A stretch of 64,000 bases of DNA from NCBI RefSeq assembly GCF_963921235.1, contig NC_086097.1, positions 190,590,001 to 190,654,000 of the forward strand, written 5' to 3'. Both the position numbers and the translations under genes were made by a program. Below are positions 50,455 to 60,876 of this stretch, piece after piece (the first letter of the stretch is position 1; each line of letters opens with the position of its first letter). This stretch comes from Mobula hypostoma. Taxonomy: Eukaryota. The notes under the pieces were generated by a model. It worked only from the letters and a program-made list of their open reading frames with translations, made no database searches and was not told where the DNA came from.

Positions 50455-51300
50455 TTTTCCTCTAGAAAATGGAGCAGATAAAATGTTTTCTGCAATAAGA
50501 CATTTGGATGAATCTAATCTTGACCTCAATTGCACTTTCCTGCCTGTTCCTTCTAAAGCCTTGATTCCACTTGAATCCCAAAAAAACTATGTGAATTTTG
50601 GTTATGCTCAATGACTCAGCCTCCACAACTTTCTGTGACAGAGAATTCCAAGGATTCACAAATCATAGAGAGAAGAAATTCATTGCATACTTTCTCTTAA
50701 AGTCATCATCATTATTATATGCCATGTCATTTGGCATGGGTGATCATAATCCCTTGACCATGATTGTACTCAGCAAATTTTCTGCAGAAGTGGTTTGCCA
50801 TTGCCTCCTTCTGGGTAGTGTCTTTACAAGATAGAGTAGGTGATCCAAGCCATTATCGCTACTCTTCAGAGACTGTCAGCCTGGTGTCAGTGGTTGCATA
50901 ACCAGGAATTGTGATATGCACCAGTTGCTCATATGACCATCTACCACCTGCTCCCATGGCTTCACGTGACCCTGATCAGGAGGCTACGCAGATGCTACAC
51001 CTTGCCCGGGGCTGACCTGTAGGCCAGAAGAAGGAAGGAGTGCCTCACACCTCCTTTGGTAGACTCCACCCCACCACCCAGCATCTTAAAGTATGCCACT
51101 TAATTCTAGAATCTTCTATGGAGCAATAGCCACTCAGCACCTTCCATACAAGACACTTAGAATCTTAATGTTTCAGAATGATCATATCTTATTTCATAAA
51201 TACCAGTACAAATAGACCCAATTTACTGAGTCATCACTGTGGCTTAAAAATAATAAGTGATGGTTATGCAGATGTCTTAATGTATGTCCAATTGCAGACA
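50455..51300 (-). mobile_element. Old CR1 3' part, interrupted at 50704-51083
   Basis: NPWNSLSQKVVEAESL motif; the element resumes after 51092. Confidence 0.7.
50704..51083 (-). mobile_element. Non-autonomous RTE-related retroposon with 9-bp TSD
   Basis: TCTTAAAGT at 50695-50703 and 51084-51092; (GAT)n tail; contains GAAGGAGGCAATGGCAAACCACTTCTG, resembling the Bov-A/Sauria-SINE RTE-derived motif. Confidence 0.7.
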
Positions 51301-51589
51301 CTGGTAGACTATTATTACCATAATCTCTATCTTTGTAAGTGCAAACTCTCACTTTTATGTGATCATTGGCTCTTGCAGCTGTCAGGGATGCCTGTCCTAG
51401 AAGATTGACAGGTCGAATGGTTTTTCATCCTAGGCCTTTAAAGGAAATACATTCACTGCCAATGTTTCAGTTTTAATTTTGTAACAGATGATCTGACAAA
51501 TACCTGTGTTCAAATCCATTGAGAGTTTTGTTATCTCAATTAATCTACATGTATATTGCATCTACAGATTCTTCCCTGTCTCATGGTTT

Positions 51590-53540
51590 AATCTTCATCC
51601 TTTCGTATGGAAGATAATGAAGAATGATTATTTGAGCTTTCAAAACCAGGAAATTATAGATCTATTTGTCCACCATCTGTTGTGATCAGGATATTTGAAT
51701 CTATAATTAAAGGCAGAGCAAGCTTAGAAAAACTTCTATAGGCAGAACCCCAGCATGGATATATAAAAAGTGAGTCATCTCTAAGAAGTTAAATTCATCT
51801 TTTGAGGAATCAACTAAACAAGCCAGCACATAGTGCCCCCAGATGAAGTATATATTAATTATAATAAATTGACAATAGGGTTTCACATATGAGACTGATA
51901 GTTGAAAATTAGATTATAGAATTGAAGGGAATTATTGTCCTAGTTAGGAGGCTGCTCAGGTGATAGAAAGACACTGTATGGATAATGATAAATACTTACA
52001 TTGGAAGGAAAAGACAAGTGGTAACCAATATGGATTTACGTTGGGGCCTCAGTTATCTGCAATATTTATTAATGCCTTAAATAGCAGGCTTTGAGAGCTG
52101 TATATGCAAGTTTTCAAGGATAAAAAGATTGGTGGCATAGTAAGTGTTGTAGAAACTGGAGCACAAAATTTCAAAGAGACATTGATGGATGACCTGAATT
52201 GGCAAAACTGTGATAGATGGATTTCGATACAGGTAACTGTGCGATCATCCATTTTCATCTAAAAATGATAGATCTGAGTTTTTTTTTAAAATTCTCTCAT
52301 GAAAAGCATGGAAATCCAAAGAGATTTAGGGCTCTGTGTAGATAGATTAATGAAATGCAGAGGCCAGGTACTAAAAATAACCATTAAGGCCAATGGAACT
52401 TTGTCTTTAATTCTCAAGTGGTAAAAAAAAATTGTACATCCATACAAACCACTGTTAGACCACTTTTGAAGTACCATGTACAATTCTTATACCTTAGATA
52501 TAGATAAATTGACCTTGAAGGGAGGAAAGCATTGATTTATCAGTTTGGTACCAGAACACTGAGGCTTAAATTATGAGGAGAGATTTCATAAATCAGTATT
52601 GCATTTTAGGAAAATGCAAAGTGGAATACACAGGGAGGGTGAGAGCATGAAATGGTGGTTGTAAAGGAGTGATCACGGGGGTACCAATGAGTATAAATAT
52701 GGAGGGGTTGAAGAGGAATATCAAAGGAGGAAAAGAAATGAATGTTCAAAGACTGAAAACAACAAAGGGGGGAATGAGAAAGGAAAGTGAAACAGTATTA
52801 ATTGAATTTGAAGAAGAAAGAGTGCCAAGGAAGGCATTCTTGGGTTTCATGAGTTATACAGTAAGGCTGCATGTGCCAAAGCCATTGAGGTGCTATAATT
52901 GTCAAAGGTTTGGACATATAGCTAAAAACTGTAAAAGGCAGAGGAGATGTGCTAGATGTGGGGGTGATCATGAATATGGAAAGTGCGGAACAGGAGTGCA
53001 ACCAAAATGCTGCAACTGTGGAGGAGCTCATAATGTGGCATATAGTGGGTGTGAGTTTATGAGACGAGAGAATAAAATTCAAGAAATAAGAGTGAAAAGA
53101 AAGATGACTTATGCAGAAGCTGTAAGAATGTCAAGACAACAGTATTGCATTCCCTGAAATATAAATAAGGGCAATTTGAATGAAATTGTCAGGATTTTAA
53201 GGATATTTGAGAGGGTAAGTGGAAAGAATCTTTATTCAGCTGGTGGGAATCTCAGGCATGATATATACCCTTTACACCAAAGACATGCCTTTCAGGAAAA
53301 TAATTAGGAGACACTTCTTTGCACAAAACAAGATGAAATGTAGAGCTTTCACCCATTAAAAGGATGAATTCTTGATCAATTAATAATTTAAAACTGGGAT
53401 CAATACTTTTATTGCTAGACAAACATATGAAATATGGAATCACATGAGTGAATCGATTTGGGGTAGAGGCCAGGAAGAATCTCAATGACTGGGGAGAAAT
53501 CTTGATGGGCTAAATAGATTCTCCACTATTATGATCCTAC
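51590..53540 (+). mobile_element. Very old CR1 ORF2, interrupted at 52606-53139
   Basis: Degenerate LGPQLSAIFINAL, KDKKIGG and YKPLLDHF..YHVQF motifs. Confidence 0.65.
52606..53139 (+). pseudogene. Isolated ORF1 (gag-like, three CCHC knuckles) fragment of an I/Nimb/Jockey-group LINE
   Basis: PLRCYNCQRFGHIAKNC, CARCGGDHEYGKC, CCNCGGAHNVAYSGC and terminal MTYAEAV; flanked by CAGTATTGCATT (52594-52605, 53140-53151). Confidence 0.85.
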
Positions 53541-53999
53541 ATTCTTCAGGCTTCTTATATTTGCCTTTCTGTGGCTGACTGCGAGGAGTCCGGACACCGA
53601 CTGCACATCTGAATGCCTCTCAATTACTTTAAAAGTATTTTGGAGAACTCCACATCTTTTCTCTACCACTAACAAATCAATCCATCAATGAAGTGTAATG
53701 CTGGCTGAGAATTGGGAATTAACTGACTGTGTCAAGTGTAGATGATCATGGAAGACCTTTGAACTAACAAGAGATCATGTTTTTAAGGTGAGAGGTAGGA
53801 ATTTTACAAGGGATTGGATGGGTAAATTGCCAGAGAAAGTGTTGAATTCAGATACAATCACTACATCTAAACATATATATGGTCCTAATGTAAGTAAATG
53901 GATTCATGTACATGTGAATGGGCAAAAAGGTTGGCCAAGAGCCGGGAGTTGAAATAGACATTGGGAATCATTGTCTATGCAATGGATTTAATGCCAGCA

Positions 54000-54303
54000 T
54001 CAAAATATAGCAGTCCTTTCCAAACAATTTCTCAACCTATGTTGTGCCTCGCCGATATACAGGAAGCCACACCAGGAGCTCCAGATACTGTAGGTGATCC
54101 CAACAGACACGCAGGTGAAGTGTCGTCTCATCTGGAAAGACTGTTTGGGGCCCTGAATGGTAGTGAGGTAGGAGGTGTAGGAACAGGTGTAGCACTTGTT
54201 CTGCTTGCAAGGATAAGTGCCAGGAGGGAGATCACTATGGAGGGACGAATTAACAAGGGAGTTATGTAGGGAGTGATTCCTGTGGAAAGCAGAAGGTGGG
54301 GGT
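54000..54303 (-). pseudogene. Penelope-like (Neptune-type) Cys-rich linker + GIY-YIG endonuclease fragment
   Basis: GTYPCKQNKCYTC...IQGPKQSFQMRRHFTCVSVGITYSIWSSWCGFLYIGEAQHRL. Confidence 0.85.
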
Positions 54304-54307
54304 AAGG

Positions 54308-54925
54308 TAAAGAGCTTTAAGTTCCTCAGTATCCACAACACAACACTGACTCACATGCTCTGTACACACCAGCTGTGTGGTGCAAAAAGCACAACAGTGC
54401 CTCTTTCACCTCAGACGGTTGAGGAAGTTTGGTATGGGCCCCAAATCCTTAGGACTTTATACAGGGGCACAATTGAGAACAAATTGACTGGCTGCATCAC
54501 TGCCTAGTATGGGAATTGTACCTCCCTTAATCACAGAATTCTGCAGAGATTGGTGTGGACAGCACAGCGCATCTGTGATTGTGAACATCCCATGATTCAG
54601 GGCATTTATAAAGACAGGTATGAAAAAAGGGCTCATAGAATCATTGGGGACCCGAGTCACCCCAACAACAATCTATTCCAGCTGCTACCATCTGGGAAAC
54701 TGTACTGCAGCATAAAAGCCAGGACCAGCAGGTTCCGGAACAGCTTCTTCCCCCAGGCCTTCAGACTGATTAACACATGCTGATTTGAATGTATTTCTAT
54801 GTTACATTGACTGTTCTATTTATTATAACTTACTATGATTGTACATTGCACATTTGGACAGAGACAAAATGTAAAGATTTTTACTCCTTATATATGTGAA
54901 GGATTTAAGAAATAAAGTCAATTCT
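54308..54925 (+). mobile_element. Rex1/Babar-type LINE 3' part inserted in a Penelope-like element
   Basis: IIGDPSHPNNNLFQLLPSGKLY..RFRNSFFPQAFRLIN; same subfamily as 7262-8404. Confidence 0.9.
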
Positions 54926-55019
54926 ATGTGCTTGGTGGTGGGATCCCCTTGGAGATGTTTTTGCAAGGATAAGTGCCAGGAGGGAGAACAATGCTGAGGG
55001 ACGAATGTTTGCAAGGATA

Positions 55020-55466
55020 AGCGACAACTGCCCCTACACCTCTATCTTCACTATCATTCAGGGCCCCAAACTCTTCTTCCGGGTGAGGTGACACTTTACC
55101 TGTGAGTTTGTTAGGGTCATCTACTGTATCTGGTGCTTCCGGTGTGGCCTCCTGTATATCTGGTAATGCCCCTCCCCATCATTCTCCATTCCCATTTCTC
55201 TATCTCACCCTATCTCCCTACCTGCCCATCACCTCCCTTTCATGCTCCTCTCCTTTTCTTTCCTCCATGGTTTTTCTGTCCTCTCCCTTCTTTTCCCCCT
55301 TCTCCAGCCGTGTATCTGTTTCACCAATCAACGTCCCAGCTCTTTACTTCACTCTTCCCCACTCCCAGTTTCGCCTTTTTGTCGCCAGTCGTGATGAAGG
55401 ATCTCGGCCTGAAACATCGACTGTACTCTTTTCCATGGATGCTGCCTGGCCTACTGAGTTCCTCCA

Positions 55467-55510
<44 letters not shown>

Positions 55511-55548
55511 TGCTTGGATTTCCAGCATCTGCAGATTTTCTCTTGTTT
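55020..55548 (+). mobile_element. Penelope-like 3' end: GIY-YIG remnant, pyrimidine tract and pLTR with hammerhead
   Basis: IQGP..HFTCEFVRVIYCIWCFRCGLLYI; CAGTC-GTGATGA-A-GGAT(CTCG)GCCT-GAAA-C-ATC-GACTG at 55386-55423. Confidence 0.82.
55471..55504. repeat. (GT)17 microsatellite
   Basis: Directly visible; expansion of the short TGTGTG tract present in the other pLTR copies. Confidence 0.97.
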
Positions 55549-56334
55549 GTGAACTCCTTTTCTCCCTCCCATCCACCCACTCGCACACAGAGACAGGCCT
55601 CCAGTCCCAAGCCGGGCTGCCTGACGACAACAACAAAAACAGCAATAGAACCACAGCAACAAACTAAAAACAACTAAACAAGCTTCATTCTCCCACAATC
55701 TCCACATCTGTTGATGACTTCAGTTTCAAAATATCTATCAATCTTGACTTTGAATATACTCGTTGAGTGAGCCATCTATATTGCAAATTCCAAAGATTTA
55801 CACCTCTCTGAGTGAAGACATTTATTTTTCTCATTTCAGTTCTTAATAACCTATTGAGACAGTGCTCACTAGCTACTGAAGCAAGCAGTCTCTCTGTATT
55901 TAACTTGTTCATCACTTTCAAGGCTGAAGTATTTGTAATCAGGTTCATCTAGAAGTGCAGAGTGAATGATTCATCCATCTTAGCTTCTTTCTGAAGTGTC
56001 CAGTATCGCAGAAACCAGTATTCAGGTGACTTGGTTCCCCCCAAAACTATGGACTAGACCAAATCCTAGCTACAAGCACAGCAGATTTGTACACCAGAAT
56101 TAGCTGAAACTGCACCCAAGCTACTTTGTAATGTTTATAATTGTCCAGGAGCATCTTATCAACAAAAATCTGGATAAATCCAATCAGCCTGTTGTCAACT
56201 ATCAGCAAAATAGTGAAGAATGTTACTGTCAGTAGGATCACGTTTTATCAGTATTCACTGACTCTACATCTTTTCAAAAAGAATGAACAACAATACTGAT
56301 GTGGTTGTCAGCATACTGAAAAATTCAGAGGATT

Positions 56335-56760
56335 TAAGGTACGCTTATTATTAAAGTGTGTACACAGCATACAACCCTGAGATTGGTCTTCCCCACAGAC
56401 AGCCATGAAACTAGAAGAAATATGGAACCCGTTCAAAAAAAAGAAACATCAATACACCCCCAACCCCATAAGCAAAACAAATCATTCAAATGGCAACAAA
56501 AAACTAGCAAAAAACATAGAATATAAAACAAAAAATCAAAAGGCTTATTTCAGTTCAGCTCAGTGTTTCTTATCTACTGGCTGCCCTGATTCAATATCGC
56601 CCAAACTAGCAACAAAAAAGGAGCAATAAAGCTAGAAACACATCATAACATGGTTCAGTCGACAATCCACGAACCATGTCAATAAAGCTATGCTCCGGTA
56701 CCATTCGCTGACAGTATGAAGGAAGAGAGTCATCACTTGAAGGCAAGTACTTTCCCTCGG
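56335..56760 (-). mobile_element. Non-coding retroposon with a Rex1-type 3' end
   Basis: TTATTATTAAAGTGTGTACACAGCATACAACCCTGAGATTGGTCTTC is the antisense of the shared terminus. Confidence 0.6.
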
Positions 56761-57137
56761 AAGGAAGTTCCCTTGTAATGAGTAAATAACAAAAAATCTT
56801 TCTGTTTCATGGACAGTACCTCAGCCATTCCTATTCCATTATTTTTTTCAGTAAATCCACTCATTCCAAGAACTCCCAAAACAAGTATTTTCATCTTTAG
56901 ATATAGTGATCAAAATTGTCCATAGCATTTTATGTGCGATCACACAATAACAGCAAAGTTACTTTACCTTTGTACTCCAATCACACTGCAATAAAGACCA
57001 ACATCCTCTTGCCATCTTAATCTTTTTTTCTATGTTTCAATAGTCAGTGAGACAGCACAATTGCATCCCTCTTCATACCAACATATTCTCGTCTGTCACT
57101 ATCTTAGATTAAATTCACATTTCCCTAAATAATCCTC

Positions 57138-58056
57138 CAGAAGAAGATGGCACCAGCAAACAACACGACCAAGGGTGACATCCACAGATGGTTCACAAAA
57201 CTACTTCCTTCACTTCCTTTACGTCTTCTTTTTTTCTTTAAAATCTGGTTCTACTACTGTTGGAACCTGTGATCTACATATTTTGGTGGTGAGATTTTGG
57301 GCTGTTTGAGCAATCTGGCACTCTGCTATCACCAAGGGTGATCTGTGAGGCTTCGAGTAAAGAGTGTGAGCTCAAGGCCAAAAACCCTGGAGACTCCATT
57401 TCTCGCCGATCTCACCAATTAAGGCACTGATGACGTCTGAAATCATCGAGGCGGGTAGGTGTTCAGTGCTGTCTTCCAGCCTCTTGCTCACTGCTGCCAG
57501 AGGAAGGTGTCTGCATGTGGCAGTCTCTTTCTCCCTCTCAAAGGCTGCTCCTGAAGGAAGGTGTCTGCATGGGGCGGTCTCTTTCTCCCTCTCAAACACG
57601 GCTCCTGAAGGGAGGTTCCTACATTCCAATGCTCTCTCTCTCCTTCGATGCTGTCAGATATTGGTGCCAGAGTTCAGGTCTTGGGCAAGGTTTAGTCGAC
57701 ACGGCTTGTGGATTGGACTCTGTAGTTCAAGTCATCATGTGTTTCTGGTTTCCGGGCGCACCTTTTTTGTTGCTATTTCGGGTGATTTTGTATTGGGACT
57801 GCTTGCTGATAACGAATACCAAACTGAACAGAATATGCCTGGACTCTTTCGCTTTTGTATTTTATATGCTGTGTTCCTCACTCATTTTATTTTATTGCTG
57901 CTTGCATGATTTGTATTTGTTGGTGTGTGGATGTGGTTTCATGTCTTTCCTTGAACAGGTTCTGTGGTTTTCTTTGTTTCTTGTCTGTCTGTGAGGAAGA
58001 CGAATCTCAGGGGTGTATACTCCACAAACTTCGATAATAAATGCACTTTGAATCTT
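57138..58056 (+). mobile_element. Non-autonomous LINE derivative with an internal ~54-bp minisatellite
   Basis: Starts AGAAGAAGATGGCACC; ends GAATCTCAGGGGTGTATA..GATAATAAATGCACTTTGAATC; ~3 units of GGAAGGTGTCTGCAT..TCTCTTTCTCCCTCTCAAA at ~57490-57650. Confidence 0.65.
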
Positions 58057-59756
58057 TCTCACTTTGCAGACATATTGCATCCTCATGACTCACTTTCCCA
58101 CCAAGATTTGCATCATCAACAAAGTCGTATGCATTATGGGCTGTCTTTTCAACCAAATCCATAAATAGCTACAGTGAAACAGCTTACGTTTAGTACTGAT
58201 TCTAGTGGCACGCCACTACACACAACCTGTCAACCTGACAAAGACCAGGCTGTCTGCTCTATTTTTCTTCACCAATGGTGCTTTCATGCTAGTCTATTAC
58301 CCCAACCTCATGTAATAATCTTTCATGTGGTCCTTAAATAAATGGCTATAATCCTCATAAGTGCATTATTTCCTGTTTGCTTGTATATCATCCCTTTGTT
58401 ACATTCTCCAAACTCTTTTAAATTGCCAAAAGCAATTCCACATTAAAAAAAAACATTTGTGTCACTTTATCTAATCTTTATCCTGTTAATAATCCACATT
58501 ATTTGCAGAGTTTGAGTTCTCAAAAGTAGAAAAAATATATAGATTATAATTCAAATATAAACTGCAGATACGCATTCATACTTGCTGAAGAATTTATCAA
58601 GGGATCAGTACAATGTTATCTATAATTGGCTTTATTGATTTTAATCTTAAAATGTTTTATTCAACTTTTGTCCAGTGTCAGATTATTCTTTGGCTTCCAA
58701 TTCGGGGTGCACTTACAATTTAATTATGATGTGAAACAAAACCAGTTCACATTAATATTATAGTTCTACTGTATGAGCATCCCAAAATGGTGTTTCTAAT
58801 CAATAAGATGTTCCCTTATACATCTTTAAGATTTCCAGTCACATTTAAATACTGCCATGCAGCGATTATATTGATAGAGAGCGTTCCTGTTTGCAGCAAA
58901 GGCTAAAGGTGGTCCTCATGCTGCAGTTAACGAGACTTTGTGCAAATTTAGTTGAGGAAGTGAAAAATTAATATGTATCTTATGCAGCAGGAGTAATGTT
59001 CTTGTGAGACGAATTAACCTTGCTCTTTTCTTGCAAACTCAGAGGGCAAATTTAACTGCATCAATGAGCAACAGTTAGTTATAATGCATAAGTGCTTAAT
59101 TATCACCATAATTATCATAATTGCAACAGGAATAAGGTAGTTGCACTTCATAATACTTTTATTTCTATTACATAGCAATAGTGGATAACTATTAAAGATG
59201 ATATATGAATTCTAACTGGCTATCATAATCTGTGAGATGCACTTAATCAAAGCACACTGCAGAGCTTCTAAATCTGGAGGGAAACTATAAATTTTAGCTG
59301 AATATACAGCATAATTTCTTACTCTTTTTTTGACAATGTCAAGTTCACTCTGCCATTTTTTTTCTTTTTAATATCTTCATGTGTTTCAAAAGACAACTTT
59401 GGATCATGATTCCTATCACTCATCCTAAATGTAGATATATCTTAAAATTACTTTATTTTAATGTATCCATAATAATGGATCCCTGTTTTTTAGTAAAATT
59501 CACTGAATGACTGAAGAGCCCGGAAAAGCACAATTCAAAAGTCTTCTCATGTATACCCTTAGAAGTAAAACTATTACATCACTCTGATTAATATTTTTTC
59601 CACACCAAACGTCATTTCTCTTCTATGAGATTACTAATTTGTGGCAAGTTATGACAAAGTATGGGCAACATTATCACCCCACAGTCACCCCACTTGCACT
59701 TGTTCATGTGAATTTAATGTACGACAGCTGATACAGAGTGAATACATCATTTACAA

Positions 59757-60800
59757 AACCTGGATGGGCCTCTGTACCTCCTTCTGCCACTGGATTCTTG
59801 ACTTTCTCATTGGGGCACCACAGGCAATGCAATCGGAAATAGCATCTCCTCCTCACTGAGAATCAATACTGGTGCACCTTAAGGATGTGCGCTTAGCCCA
59901 TTGCTCTACCCGCCCTACAGCCACGACTGTGTGGCTGGGCACAACTCAAACGCCATCTATAAATATGCTGATGACACAACTATTGTTGTCAGAATTTCAG
60001 ATGGTCACAAGGAAGTGTACAGAGGTGAAATAGATCAGTCGGTTGAGTGGTGTCGCAGTTACAATCTTGCGCTCAATGTCAGTTATACCAAATAATTGAC
60101 TGTGGACTTCATGAAGAGAAAGTTGAGGGAACACACACCAGTCCTCATTGAAGGATTAGCAGTGGAAAGAGTGAACAGTTTCAAGTCCCTGGGTGTCAAC
60201 GTCTTTGAATATTTATCCTGGGCCCAATGTATTGACACAACTAGAAAGAAGGCACAGCAGTGGATATAGTTCATTAGGAGTTTAAGGAGAATTGGTATGT
60301 CACCAAAGACACTCATAGATTTCTAGAGATGTACCATGGAAAGCATTTTAACTGGTTGTATCACTGCCTGCTATGGAGGGGCCACTGCACAGGATTGGAA
60401 TAAAGCTGCAGGAAGTTGTAAACCCAGCCAGCTCCATCATGGATACTAGCCTTCCCAGCATCCAGGACATCTTCAAAAAAGTAGACATCCATCCTTAAGG
60501 ACCCCATCACCCAGGACATGCCCTCTTCTCATTGCTACCATCAAGGAGGAGATACAAGAGCCTGAAGACATATACTTAATGATTTAAAAACATTTCCTTC
60601 CCCACTGCCATCAGATATCTGAATGGACAATCAATGCACGTATACCTTCTCACTATATTTTCCTTTTTGTTTTGCTATGTTTTTGCACGATTTACTTTAT
60701 ATATTACTTATTTATATATGTATGTATAAAATTAAATTGAGTTCAATGTCCATTCAGAATTCTGATGGCAGAGAGGAAATCTTATTCTGATTCTGATTTG
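59757..60800 (+). mobile_element. Rex1/Babar-type LINE 3' ~1 kb
   Basis: YSHDCVAGHNSNAIYKYADDTTIV, LALNVS, HPGHALFSLLPS; (ATTCTG)n tail at ~60784. Confidence 0.9.
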
Positions 60801-60876
60801 ATTATTATGATGTAGATTTTACTCTAGCAAACAATGTGAGATAGTTTTTAATTGAACCAATTAGTTCCTCCACTTT

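Noticed and set aside
52669..53157. Host CNBP-like gene or retroviral gag
   Set aside because: Knuckle spacing (CX2CX4HX4C, CX2CX3HX4C, CX2CX3HX6C) and the YAEA motif fit non-LTR ORF1; no promoter, splice sites or LTRs.
55102..55707. Stack of 60-190 aa ORFs on both strands (CVCVCV / HTHTHT)
   Set aside because: Artefact of a pyrimidine tract and the (GT)17 repeat within a Penelope pLTR.
57372..57994. 159-aa ORFs with internal repeats
   Set aside because: Explained by a ~54-bp minisatellite in a non-coding retroposon.
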